In this document: positions 33,320 through 46,775 of the stretch, one piece after another
Position numbering within the stretch: the stretch's first letter is position 1
How the letters are laid out: every line of letters starts with the position of its first letter
NCBI RefSeq assembly: GCF_001194135.2
Contig: NC_068981.1
Span: forward strand, 36,717,442 to 36,770,106
Direction: 5' to 3'
Length of the DNA stretch: 52,665 bases
Source: Octopus bimaculoides
Lineage: Eukaryota
Notes under the pieces: generated by a model
The model's input: only the letters and a program-made list of their open reading frames with translations
What the model was told of the DNA's origin: nothing
The model's database searches: none
Made by a program: the position numbers and the translations under genes

Positions 33320-33525
33320 AGTTACTACAAGATCACTCAACCTGTTCGATATAGCTACCAAATTGTCTTCAAATCACACTGGTTTCTAAAAACAAGGAAG
33401 GACACTTTAGATAACATAGCTATGGTATACAAAACTATTGGATGTTCATGGCTGGAATGCCTTTGATCATAAGGTTATTCAATCAAGGCTGACCTGCAGT
33501 TAAAACAACAACAACAACAACAACA
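33320..33525 (+). mobile_element. interspersed repeat (family E) ending in (CAA)n
   Basis: GCTGGAATGCCTTTGATCATAAGG...GGCTGACCTGCAGTTAAAACAACAAC. Related pieces lie at about 32335-32400, 31660-31710, and on the minus strand at about 35070-35130 and 31005-31050. Confidence 0.55.
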
Positions 33526-34828
33526 AATATAACTGTAAAACTATAGTAGAAGTTTTCTACAATTTTTTCTGCAATTGCTAAACAAATAAATTATTTTTGA
33601 ACAATGTATAATTGTTATGTATTGCAAATTATCATAAAGGTGTTCATCAGGTGTTCACCAGGTGTTGCACAGATGATTGTCATATCTCCATATATTTGTT
33701 ATATATTGTACAGTTGTTTATCACACGTTTGTCAGATGTTCTGATATTTGCCAGGTGTTCTGCTGGTTTTTGTCATGTGTGATAGAGATGTTTTATCATG
33801 TGGTGCAGTAAAGGTGCATTACAAGTGTTTGTCATATATTGTGTAGGTGTTTGCTGATCAATTTACAAGTGTTTGACATGTGTTACCAATTGGAAATATT
33901 TCTGATCACAATGGGGAATGAAATTAGTGCCAAAAATGTAATATATTTTGTATCAAATAACATAGAAGTTAGAGAAAAGGAAGCACTGTGCTGCAATCTA
34001 TATAGGGACAACAGTCAATACACTGAACTATTTTGGGCTTACTCTACTTTATGATGATTGAGAATATCTTATAGTAGTAAGTAGGGGGTTCACTGTGTAA
34101 TTAAATGTTTTTAGCTTATGGTGTGAGTTCCAGTTCTCTTGTAGCTTCTGAGGACACCGTGGGAAACCACAAAGGACTGAATGATCTTCTTTTTATTGAC
34201 ACTAGTCTCAGCCACTCATGTAATGTCTGTTGCGCAAATTCTTATTTTTATATTTTGTAGACAGGAGAAGGCAGTGTCCATAACACTGCATATTCTCTGA
34301 GGCTAATGGTAGCGAGTAAAGAAAGGAGAAAGGTGTTTTCCAAATAGAACCCAGCCTATAATGCTTGCAATAGAGTGGACTTCACTAAAGGTACCCAAGG
34401 TGCCAAGTGATGGTGGTAGTGGCATCAAACTGGGTGAGAGATTAAGCCTAATACCCAAGAAGCATATTTTAAAACTCATCTGTTTATCCACCAGGAAACA
34501 GATATGTAACTTGGCTACAAGAAATTCAATGGCAGTATATGAAAATGTATTTTCACAATAAATCATCATTATTGTTGTTTAGCTCTAGTAAAAACCTATG
34601 AGCCCTCTGTGTTGGGTTTAGAGGTAAGCAATGTTTACATTGACCTACGCATTCTTTCCTTACTTAAAATTTGTGAGATTTGAGGTCTTCTCTGTCTAGT
34701 AGGCTTAACAACCACATAAGGATTCACTTGTTGATTTGATAGAGTAATATTAAATTGTGGTGATTTAGCTCCAGATCATCTGTGATTAAGTATACTTCCT
34801 GTTGTTCCAAGAGTATCAAGAAATACAG

Positions 34829-34943
34829 GCGAAGGTAAAGAATACACACACCCAATGTTTAGGGTTAGAGTTAGGGTTTAGGGTTAGTTTTAGGTTTAGG
34901 GTTATGCTGAAAATGGGTGGTGTGTGTATTCTTAACCTCTGCT
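34829..34943. mobile_element. 115-bp MITE-like element with internal TTAGGG repeats
   Basis: Inverted arms 34833-34852 and 34919-34938 match at 19/20 positions; 9-bp direct repeat GAAATACAG at 34820-34828 and 34944-34952; four perfect TTAGGG plus variants at 34859-34904. Confidence 0.7.
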
Positions 34944-36957
34944 GAAATACAGCATGGCACCAGAATTTGTCCAGTCATTTGCTATATACTAATAGATTAA
35001 ATGGCAACTTGTATATTATCCTATTTGTCACCTTGTATATTATCCTATTTGTATTTCCTTTTTAAAAGATGTTAGGGTGTGATTTCAGGGAATCTAGCTG
35101 CTATATCTATCAGGTTGGGTGACTACTTAGAGGCCTTCCTCATTGGTTTATTCATTCACAAGACATGAATGTATTTTAACAATTTAATAAGTTAACAGAT
35201 TGTACGTCACAATAAGATACAAACAATATCATAATGCTCCTTGGTGTATACATTACTGTTGAAAATTCGTATGATGTTGTATAGTTATTAATTTTTTTTC
35301 CTTACTGATATTCAGTATATATCCTGCTATTCTTATTACCATCCTTTTCTCTGTTGTTTTGAATGTACTTAGGTGGCTTCAGTTTCTGTGTTCATAGGTG
35401 GGGGAGAGAGAAACCAAAGAACTGTTCCAGTAAATAGCATTTACTTTTTCTATTGATCTTGGTGTTTGTTTATAGAACCAGTCCTTGCCAAGAGGGAATG
35501 CTTTTTATGATATAGCACTGGAAAATAAAAGCTCTTTTAGTTTCCTAATTAAAAGCATATATTTGATTCTGAACATATTGGAGGGAAAATATTAAAATAA
35601 TTTTTTAACGGAACAGGGTAAAAAAGTGAAAACAAGGGAAATATTATAGTATGTTGGATATGTTCTATTACTTTAGTCCTTCAAAATGCAATGAGCCAAT
35701 ATAATATCTAATTGAATAATATTAAATTGAACACCTTCCTATAGCTGCCCCTGAAATTGTATTCTAGAGTTGTTTCTAAAATATGTCAATTACAAGACAA
35801 TAATTTAACATGGTTAATGTTTGAATTGAAACACTGGAAGTATTAAGGTGTCCAACTAATTAGAACTTCCTAATTGTTAGATCGTGAAATTAACAAATTG
35901 TGAGATGCATACTTAGAGAGTCATATGACAGTATCATATTATCGAAATAAAACCTATACCAATAACTGCTGAGGCCCCCAGGAATATTAGCTTACGTATG
36001 TAACACCTATCAATGCTACATAATTCTACAGCTACGAAAGCTTAGCAAAGTCATAATCATTCTAAGTTAATGCAAATACAGAAAATGAAGGACTCAAATT
36101 ACATTTCCTTGCATTCACTGAAATATAGTAGAGCTAATTCTAGAAATCTCAAACTCTCATATCTCTCAGTCCATTATTCAGTGCATCATGTGAAATTCTC
36201 TCTTTACTTGTAAAATATCTCACTCAACAATAGACATTAGCAGAACAATGGATTATATAGATACTAAACATTGCTTGAATAAATATCCACCACATCTCTT
36301 TATCAACACCAAACATTGGTATATCAACTACTGCTTTGGACAACTAACCACTATATCAAATGACAAAAAATTTCACACATAATTGTCTATTGCACATCTT
36401 TCACAGAAATTAGAATTCACACTTTTTTCTTATTTATATGCTGTATATTTCATTTTTATATACCTTGAAGCCACAATTTTCACAAAATCATATGTGACAT
36501 CATATATAAATCAATAATATAAAGAAGTATTTGAGACAGAAGCTCAGCAACTGGATAAACCTTTTATTTTTAAAAATGAATTAAATCAAACAACTACATG
36601 CAGTGAATCACTTATTAACTAACATATAAGAATGCTTCTTACCATATATGGCAACATCTCTGTTCTTTCTATGCACAATAAATAATATTTTGCATTACTT
36701 GCCAATACATAAAATACCTCACCATCATTCACACAAGATAGAGACAACAAAAAAACAAAATAAGAAACCAATATTTAGCATCATTGTGTTTGCTGGCAGC
36801 ATAATTCTTGGTTAGGAAAGAGAGTTTAGATGAAATTTTATGAAAATGTTGCATCAAGTTCCTCATAAAATATAACAGTGGTGTCCAGATTTCCAAAGAT
36901 TCTATCTCATTTTACAAATGTTAGACATATAAAATAGTATCTTTCGCAAGCTATACT

Positions 36958-36958
36958 G

Positions 36959-37007
<49 letters not shown>
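36958..37007. repeat. (CA)n microsatellite
   Basis: Read directly. Confidence 0.97.
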
Positions 37008-37011
<4 letters not shown>

Positions 37012-37199
37012 TGGCATACAGCAACATCACTTATCATATACATTGAACCAATGAATCTCTAAATCTGTATTCACTTCTGGAAGACTATTTTTTCTACCAT
37101 GTCTCATTAAGGAACAACTATTAACATAACAAATTTCTGAGGTCAATAATTATTTATGCTAGATAATTTAGATGCTGGTATACTCTTATAGAAATGCAC

Positions 37200-39200
37200 T
37201 TGTATTTAATGATTCTGCAAAGAAGGAAGCTTGTAAATGTCATTATGAAAAACTGATGAGCATGGAGAATGAATGAGAGGAGGAGAGTCTGTCAAATGTT
37301 GACCCAATTGAGGGACCAGCTATCCGAAATGATAGTGCCTTGGTAGATTAAGCAATTAAGGATATGAAGACAGGGAAATCCCTGAGCCCATCAGGAATCA
37401 CTACTGAGATGCTTAAAATATCTGGTAGTGTTGGTTATGGTCTAGTCACCTGTATTGTAAAACAAGTAGTTCACGAATGAGTCATACCCAATGGCTGGTG
37501 TAGCAGCACCATAGTCAATTGCTACAGAGGTAAAGGTGAAACCTTAAATACAAATAATTACGGAGGTATCAAATTGTTGGATCAGGTGATGAAAGTTATG
37601 GAGAGAGTCATAGCCCAACTAATTAGGAAGAGAGTTAGTCTAGATGAGATGTTGTTTGGTTTTGTGCTGCTGATGTTATATTTTTGGTAAGGCAGTTGCT
37701 GAAGAAATACATACCTAAAAATAAACACCTGTACTTGACTTTTGTTGATTTGGAGAAAGCCTTTGACAAGGTCCCCCAGTCCCTTATCTGGTGGTCAATG
37801 CAGAAACTAGGGATAGACAAGTGGTTGGTGAGAGCTGTATAAGCTATGTACAGGGATGCTACCAGTAAGGTGAGGAATGGCAATGAGTACAGAGAAGAAT
37901 TCAGTGTACAAGTAGAGGATCACCAACGATCAGTCCTTAGCCCTCTCTTGTTCATCATACTCTTTCAGGCAATAACAGAGGAGTTTAAGACAGGTTTCCT
38001 CTGGGAGCTCCTCTATACTGATGACCTTGTTCTTATAAGCGAATCATTACCAGACCTAGAGAGGAAGTTCCAGGTAGGAAGCAAGTTCTAAAATCGAAGG
38101 GCCTTAGAGTTAACCTAGCAAAAGCCTAAGTCTTAGTAAGTAGAAAGGCAGACAAATCACAAATTCCTTCAGGCAGATGGCCCTGCTTGATATGTAGAAA
38201 AGGTATAGGTAGAAGCTCCATAAGATGCACCTTGTGTAAGCTTTGGACACATAAATGGTTCAGCAATATCAGAGGAAGGTTAACAGGGAAAATAGCTTTT
38301 GTATGTGGAAGATGCAAAGGTACAATAAACACTGAAAATGTACAGAAAATAGACTCCATCAACTTCCAGAAGGGTAAGCAAGAGGTAGTACATAACTTCT
38401 GTTATCTAGGTAACCAAGTTAGTAGTGGAGATGAATGCTCCGAGAGTGTAGCTGTGAAAATAAGATTACTGGGAAAAGTTCAGAGAGCTCCTGCGCCTGC
38501 TAGCAACAAAGGGCCTCTCTCTCAGAGTGAAAGGCAGATTGTATGATGCCTGTATGTGAACAGCTATGTACATGGCAGTGAAACATGGGCTGTGACAGCC
38601 AAGGACATGAGCAGGTTTGAAAAAATGAAGCTAGTATGCTTTGCTGGATGTGCAATGTCAGTGTGCATGCTCAACAGAGTGTAAGCCTCTTGAAAGAAAA
38701 GTTAGGCATAAGAGGAATCAGGTGTATGCAAGAGTGACGACTATGCTGGTATAGTAATGTGGTGTATATGGATGAGGATAGATGTGTAAAGAAGTTCTGA
38801 TCTCTAACTGTGGAGGGAAACCGTGGCAGAAGCAGACCGATGAAGACATGGGATGAGGTGGTAAAGCATGATCTTCAAACTTTGAGCCTCATAGAGGCAT
38901 TGACTAGTGACTGAGACCTTTGGAAATATGCTATGCCTCAGAAGACCCATCAAGTCAAGTGAAATCATAGTCATGGCTGATGTTGGGGTCTTGTAACTGT
39001 CACCCATGCCAGTGGGATGTAAAAAGCACCTTCCAAGCATTGGGCCTCATGGAGTTGTTGGTGTGAGGAAGAGCATCTAGCTGGAGAAACCATGCCAAAT
39101 CAAACTGGAGTCTGGTGCAGCCTTCCAGCTTGCCAACCCTGGTCAAACCATTCAACCCATGCCAGCATGGACAACGGATGTTAAATGATGATGATGATGA
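37200..39200 (+). mobile_element. 5'-truncated RTE-clade LINE (RT, Cys/His finger, C-terminus, 3' UTR, (GAT)n tail), pseudogenised
   Basis: Motifs NYGGIKLLDQVMK, FVDLEKAFD, SVLSPLLF, LYTDD (38011-38025), FCYLG and GRSRP, with stops and frameshifts. Ends ACAACGGATGTTAAATGATGATGATGATGA. Confidence 0.95.
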
Positions 39201-39201
39201 C

Positions 39202-39203
<2 letters not shown>

Positions 39204-39290
<87 letters not shown>

Positions 39291-39376
39291 GTATATATAT
39301 GTATATACATACAACCCATGCCAGCATGGTAAATGGATGTTAAATGACAACAATCATGATCATGATGATGATGATA
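39204..39376 (+). repeat. (CA)n tract followed by a second short RTE tail (39311-39376)
   Basis: CAACCCATGCCAGCATGG...GGATGTTAAATGA...GATGATGAT repeats 39154-39199. Confidence 0.8.
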
Positions 39377-40080
39377 TATATAAAAACATATACATATGTA
39401 AATATATGTTATGCATGTATGTATATTAGTGTATGTGTATACACACACACACAAACACACACACAAAGCTGTATTAAGTGAATGAAAATTGAATAACATT
39501 TGATACACTTGCTGTGAGATCATATACTGTACACATTGCAATGTATTAGTAGACCTATGTCACCTGATAACATGGCCTGACTGTGAAAAGGTAAAACTGA
39601 GGGAACAATCAGAAATCCAGGACATCATACTGATATTAACATTTCTACAGCTTTAATAACATGGCAAAATATTATGAAAAGAATTTATGTCTATTCATTC
39701 ACTAAAATAAGCTTTTGTATTCTCTTTGAGTGTGATGTAAACAGCTTTACAGAGGGAAGGAAAATCGATAAATTTGAATAAGTATATAAAGCATATTAGA
39801 GAAACCTGATAGACTTTGCCAGATATGCTTGTTAATATTTCTATTGATAATGGCCTATTGATTCGATTGATCCAAAATTTTGCACGAAAGGCAGTCCCCA
39901 AGTGAACAGAATGCTTTTTGAATAAGTGATATATCATCAAGTGGGAAAATATATGTCCTTTGTCCTCCAAATGGTGACTTCAACAGATTTTATGGCTAAC
40001 AGTTTTAACAGCCTTGGTGTAAACTTTTAAAATGTTGGTATCAACAGATTGTCTTGAAATAAAGTGATAGACAGAGAAAC

Positions 40081-40242
40081 ATACATAAATACATACATAC
40101 ATACATACATACATACATACATACATACATACATACATACATACATACATACATACATACATACATACATANNNNNNNNNNNNNNNNNNNNNNNNNNNNN
40201 NNNNNNNNNNNNNNNNNNNNNNNNNNNNNNNNNNNNNNNNNN

Positions 40243-40280
<38 letters not shown>
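40081..40280. repeat. (ACAT)n/(AT)n microsatellite spanning an N gap
   Basis: Read directly. Confidence 0.95.
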
Positions 40281-40281
<1 letters not shown>

Positions 40282-41249
40282 CATACATATGTGGAAAGAA
40301 ATAAAGCAAGAGAAGGAGGGAAAAAGAGAAAGAGAAAGAGAGAGGAAGTGAGAGGCAACAGGCAAACTGATATTCAAATAAAAATTTATGTATTACATGT
40401 GACTGAAAGGCCATTTGCAGCTGAACTGCCCAGTCTAGAAGTAAAGTGTAATCCAACAACTGCTTCATTGATTAGCAATACTTCAGCATAGCTTTAATCC
40501 TTAGCCATTAAACATGCAGTGAGACATTGGGAAATCAGCCACATTCAATGATCTGGCAATAAAGTAAGATAATATCTATAGTAAATAAGCTTACAAGTTT
40601 AAATTGTCATTTTGTGTAGTGGCAAAAATTATTTGTACTTTGGATGCCCCTATCTTTGATGTGATGTATTGTTATAGTTTAGATTTCATTGTGATGGAAT
40701 AGAATGATGAGTTAGATTCTTTTCTGTTTTGTATACAGAAACAACAGTGGAATGTGTATGTTTATATTTGTTTATCTTTCATTTTGATCACAAGCTCAAC
40801 AAAGTCATGTCAGGTAATATGTAAACACTAACAGTTCTGAATTACTTTCATAACCATGATTTAAGTATAATGATGGAAACATGTAGTCAGGCATAACAAC
40901 AAATGAATCAAAGCCTAGGCCAAATTGTATTGATGCCAGACATATGTTCAAAGGTCAGAAAAAAATCAACTATTAGTTCAATGGTTTAAATCTCATGATG
41001 GATATTGCAATGTTATAGCAAGCACATCAATTTGGTTTATATTTAAACATGTGTATTAGGAGAATAAGGAACATTTTCATTTTACAGTTGATTTCATTGC
41101 AAGGAACATTGACCTTAAAAACGAATCACATTTATACAGAACATAATCAAATGTATGTATTTACAAATAATTCTAACTCATACCAAAAGAAATCATCATG
41201 GTGATTAATCTGTGGCAGCACCATCATCAATATTGCCATATTCCAATAA

Positions 41250-41345
41250 AATTCAGACCTACCAGCATCAATGCATTTTACAAAATGCTTCTTACTGGTA
41301 TATGTGGGATATGCTTGAAAGATATTATCTTTACCCCTGGCCATC
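41250..41345 (-). mobile_element. possible mariner transposase C-terminal remnant
   Basis: Minus frame ...FVKCIDAGRSEF resembles the mariner terminal motif W.KCI.A.G.YF. Confidence 0.25.
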
Positions 41346-42082
41346 TCAAGCTTTCAGTACTTCCTCTGTAATGCCAAACATTCTGGTATCTAATTTACTT
41401 TACTCAAAACGTTCATAATTTATTCTTATGCCAGCTATGATCTACCCACATACTATAATTTTTCTGTCAGACTGCATCAATTGTTTTTCTTCACATGTCT
41501 CAGTCACTCATTTCTTTTAGGACTCAATAGCCTTGTTAATTTCCTTGTACTATTACCTCTAAATGTCATACCTTTTTGAATAAACAAAAATAAAAATAGA
41601 GAGTATATTTACAAAACTACTTAAATAAGAAATGTAGTAAAGCAAAAAAAAAAAAGAAAGGAAAGAAAAAAGAAATAAATGTCCTTTGTTTTTTCTTATG
41701 TTTTAATGACCAACCAGATACCTTCTAGTACATTGGATTGTAAATAACTAGCTGAGAAGTGACTGTTTGTATCCAATCATCATCAATGTGTGGTGTCTGT
41801 CAGCAAAGCATTTAACTCTGAAATGTCACATCAGCGAACCTACAAGTAATTCAGAAAAAAGATATTCTTATCTTTTTCAAGAATAATGTACCTTGGACTA
41901 CATATTTTAATATGATACAAAAGTTGTTATTTCTGGCAGGTTGTTCAACTACGTAGAAATCCCTTCTGTTAACAGTAAAAGTTGCTTGAACTAAAGTTTG
42001 CCTTGCTTGAGGAAAGCTATAATCAAAGTTGTTCTAAGCTTGTCTTGCTAAATAGTAATCTGTTTCTCTTCAGTCACATATT

Positions 42083-42150
42083 GGGGTCGATCTAATCGAC
42101 TGGCTCCCTACCCCCAAATTTCGGGCCTTGTGCCTAGAGTAGAAAAGAAT
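42083..42150 (+). mobile_element. SINE family C 3' half (young-looking)
   Basis: TGGGGTCGATCTAATCGACTGGCTCCCTACCCCCAAATTTCGGGCCTTGTGCCTAGAGTAGAAAAGAAT; CpGs retained. Confidence 0.8.
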
Positions 42151-43014
42151 ATATCAGTCATTTCATTTGTTTTTTAATGATTATTTTTGATAAATTTGGA
42201 ACAAGAGTATAATTGGTTGAAGATATCAAATACATGATTGGTACTTATTTTATTGACTATGAACAGATGAAAGACAGGCAATTCAGTTAAAAATACACTT
42301 CCTCTCAATATTGAGGCAGAGGTGTTAATTTGAAGATCTATCCAACCCATGCAAGCATTGAAGAAGACTGGATGTAGACAGAAGAATAAACATTTAGACA
42401 CATATTTTGCCAAATCTCAGACAGCTGCTTAAATTAATTTCTACACAGCTGGTAAAGAAAAATATTTAATAGGAGAAAAAAGTAAGGAGACAGATTGCAA
42501 TATCATCAGTACCAAAAATTTATAATAGCAATATTAGAAAAATAAAGACTAAATCTTTAAAATAATCAATAAATCTTTCAATTATTATTGATCTAAATAT
42601 ATTCCTTACGGGCTTTGAGTAAATCAATGAAAATGAGATTGATCTAATACGACTGCATTGAACGTAACATTGAAGATATAATTTTCAAATATAGATTTCA
42701 ACTTGAACTTTCATAAACAAACAAAAACAATACCTAAAATTGCCCTCCATGTACCCACTCCTACCCTAGATAAAAATGAAACATTAAAAAATAAATCTTG
42801 ATAAACTTTCTAATAAAATTTAAAAACTTGAAACTTTTGACATTATTGATTGTATTAAGTATTAAAAGCTAATAAAACCTTATGGAGCATAGAAAATAAT
42901 GCTAGTGCTCATGTGAAAATTGATAGACTTTAAATAGGAAATGGTAATTCTCAGTATAGTTATTGTAAAAGTTTCCTAGACTGTAAAACCATAAAAGAAA
43001 AATCATGAAGTTAT

Positions 43015-43015
<1 letters not shown>

Positions 43016-43096
<81 letters not shown>

Positions 43097-43170
43097 ATAT
43101 ATATATATATACATATATATACACACATACATATGTACATGAACACACTCACACAGACACACACACATAT
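43016..43170. repeat. (ACAT)n/(AT)n/(CA)n microsatellite
   Basis: Read directly. Confidence 0.95.
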
Positions 43171-44521
43171 ATGCTCTCATTGGTTTAGCATTTTAGTATA
43201 TATATATATTATATATATATATATAGGTATATAAGTGATAAGTACCTAATACATTTATTTGCAGAAAAATCATAAGATCTATCCTTTACAAATGTAGAAT
43301 TTATTTTCTGTACTAAATGAACACTATAAAAAGTATAAAATAATTATATAAAATAGAATTGCCTCTCGTTCCATTAGCTTCTACAGTATCAATTTTATGT
43401 TTTGAAAAAAAAAAATCTTCTGTTGTATTGTTGCTTACTATGAGGTATTCCAATTTCACATGATTAGAAAATATTTCTGTTATTTTACTTAGCATTTCAT
43501 TATATGTTTAATTTTCATTTGCTTTTTCTTTTTTACTATATGAGCAGTTATAACACTTACTGATAGCAGTTATGACTAATTTTCTGTAAGCAAATAGCTG
43601 ATACATTTCCCCTTGGTTAAGTGGCTGTTCTCTCAAAAGTTAACTTCTAAATTAAGCTATGTCATGCTAAATACTTTAAATGAATACATAACATACATCC
43701 TACCTTTGAATAGAAACTCTTTACAATTCTTGTTAGTATTTTCATTATACAAATTCCTGTATTAATGCTGAATCCATTAAGTCATGTTTTCTCTCTTTTG
43801 AAACATAAGAGTTACAAGTTATATAAGTTTTAGTGTAATTAATAAGGTGGTGTATTGTTGAAATCATTAATATGTCGTATAAACTATTTTGTGGTATTTG
43901 CCCTGATTATCCACACTCTGAGTTCAAATCCTTCCATTGCTGACTTTGACTTGAATCTTTTCCAGATTGATCAATAAAGCAACACTCAAATACTAAGAGT
44001 TGTTCTCTCTCTCTTATTCTCTTAAACTCATTTGCAACGAAGGAGCTAAGTATCAAATGTTCTCACTACAGAACTACTAATTCATTCTAATAACACTTGT
44101 GAACTTGCTAAAATCAAAAGAGCAATTACCTGCAAAATGTTCCACCATGGAATGTCTTTAGTCATATAATTTAAGGAAATATTCTTCTTTCTTTTATTTT
44201 TTATTTTTCACTTTTCATTTGTATTATGTAGATGCAAAAGTTTGTAAACCTGGTGAGATTGGTATTATTTAAACTAAAATTTGTAAGATACTGAATAGTA
44301 TTCAGTAAAACTCTAATTTTGACTTTATAATTGTAATCTATACTATAAATTGGCTTAAATAACTTTCCACAGTATATAATTTTATAACTAGAGGCATTAA
44401 ATATTTTTGGGGGGATTGGAGTGGCAAGGCTTCTATTCTTTCAGTTCATTGACATATAACATTATAAGTAATTTCCAACCCTATTAAATTAACAAGAAAA
44501 AAAACAAAAAACAAAAACATA

Positions 44522-45411
44522 CAAGGTACATTCCAGGTGGTTTGAGACTTTTTAGGAGAGGCAGTTATAATTGTTCCAGATTATTGTAATTTTATATATC
44601 ATTATATATCATTACTAAGCTGACCTGCCTATGCTTTTTTTCAAATTCCAAATTGAAAGAGGTGGCTGTAACTTTGAACACAACTAATAGTGTGAAAAAT
44701 GTAGTTGGAACATGAAGACAACTTCGAAGCTCACTGTACAATAAAGTCTTGTGTTAAACTTGGCAAAAACACCACAGAAACTTATGAAATGCTCCAGACT
44801 TCTTATGGATTAACTTGTTTGAGATGAGCATCTGTTTTTCACTGGTACAAGAGGCCAGGAAATGCATGTCCATAACGAAACACATGATAACCCCCTTTTT
44901 TTGATAGTAAGGGCATCATCTACATCCACTGGCTTACCTCTGGCCAGATGGTCAACAAAAAGTACCTTGTGGTGGCTTTGAGGGATTTCTGGAAGAGATT
45001 CCATCACAAAAGATCAGAGCTTTTCAACTTGGGTTGGTGGCAAATGCACCAGTCCACAATTCCATCCAGGTAATCAACTACTTGACAGAGATGGGTATCA
45101 AAATTACTGCTTACACTCCCTAAAGTCCAGGCCTTGCTCTCCGTGACTTTCAGTTGTTCCCCAAGCTGCAAGAGAACTTGAGGGACAGTTCTTTTGAGGA
45201 CATTGAGAAGATGAAAGAATCTGTGTCAAGGGTTCTGGACACCTTCACTTTAGAGAACTTCCATGGGGCCTTCAAAAAGTGGCTGAGAAACACTACAGCA
45301 AGTGCATCGAAGTCATAGGATCATACTTTGAGGGAGATTAGAGTTTTGGACTTCTTTCAAATAAATAACTACTCTCATGAAAACGTCTCAAAACTTCAGG
45401 AATGCACCTTG
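44522..45411 (+). mobile_element. internally deleted mariner transposon (890 bp) with TA target duplication
   Basis: TIRs CAAGGTACATTCCAGGTGGTTTGAGAC and GTCTCAAAACTTCAGGAATGCACCTTG; TA at 44520-21 and 45412-13. Remnants KLGKNTTETYEML, FHWYKR, FFDSKGII, SPGLALRDF and KCIEVIGSYFE. Confidence 0.92.
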
Positions 45412-45979
45412 TACATATGAGATACAATACATGCATATGATATACAACACAATGAGTAATTTCTGAGCTATAAACTAGGTGAATTCCCTGCAAAATTATT
45501 TTTTCATTCAATTCACTTGCCTCAATGTCTGACTCAAGTATTCAGAAAATGACAGGATTTTAATCATGTTCCTGCAAGTTATGCACAGGATGCAGCTTAC
45601 AAATGGACTAAAATTGTTCAATTATAAATATCATGTAGATGTCATTGAGAGCTTTTGTATTGTCATTAAACTGCTTCCTTTTGAAGAATATGTAGAAAAA
45701 AAGGTAATAATAAATTTCAAAATTGGAAGAATATTCTCAATTCTAAAATCCAAAGATTAACATGGCTAAGAATGAGTTATTAACAAGAAACAAATGATAT
45801 AACAGTTTACATGTTACTTTACACCAAGCACCAAGAGAGAATTAAGGAAACTTTATTCCATCTGAATATTGGAAGGAATTTGATGACAATATATGTTGGC
45901 AATTGGGTTAGCCCTAAGGGTTCAGTTTATTCTGAAGATGATAGACTAGCTTAAGGGCATATCAGCTTATATATATATA

Positions 45980-46031
<52 letters not shown>

Positions 46032-46329
46032 TATATAGAAAGGGTATATCAGCTTTATATATATATATATATACATATACATACATACATAAATATGTTT
46101 TTGATGTGAACACAGATACATTTGCGCAACTAATACTGAATGACAATCTTTATATTCTACTTCATGGTGCCCATGCCTGATAGTTTTCATCTGCTATGAT
46201 ATATGCCTGTGAGCTTAGCACCATATGTCTATCTGTATGAGATGATCTCTCAAGGTGAATACCACAGTTTTCAATGTTCTAATAATATATCCACATAAAA
46301 TAGGATATAAAAATGTCATTCAATATATA

Positions 46330-46490
46330 TATATTACCATCATCATTATCATTTAACGTCTACCTTTCATGCTGGCATGGATTAGATGGTTCGACAGGGG
46401 CTGGCCCAGCAGGAGCCTGCACTAGCCTTCTGTGTCTGTTTTGGAAGGGTTTTTACTGTTGGATGCCCTTCCTAACACCAACCACCCAGC
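46330..46490 (-). mobile_element. RTE 3' tail copy
   Basis: CATCATTATCATTTAACGTC...CATGCTGGCATGG...GGATGCCCTTCCTAACACCAACCAC. Confidence 0.8.
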
Positions 46491-46775
46491 AGAATGGGCT
46501 AATGTGTGTGTGTTTGTGTATGTATGTATATATATATATATATATATNNNNNNNNNNNNNNNNNNNNNNNNNNNNNNNNNNNNNNNNNNNNNNNNNNNNN
46601 NNNNNNNNNNNNNNNNNNNNNNNNNNNNNNNNNNNNNNNNNNNNNNNNNNNNNNNNNNNNNNNNTATATATATACATATATATATATGAATATGTAGAAA
46701 AAAGTGCCATAATATATGTGTGTGTATATATGTATATATATATACACACACACACACATATATATATGAATATGT

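Noticed and set aside
34149-34175. CTGAGGA-CACCGTGG-GAAAC
   Set aside because: Stem II cannot close with a viable loop, and there is no NUH site or stem I.
45953-46055. 16-bp direct repeat AAGGGYATATCAGCTT around a microsatellite
   Set aside because: Nothing but simple repeat lies between the copies; most simply a local duplication.
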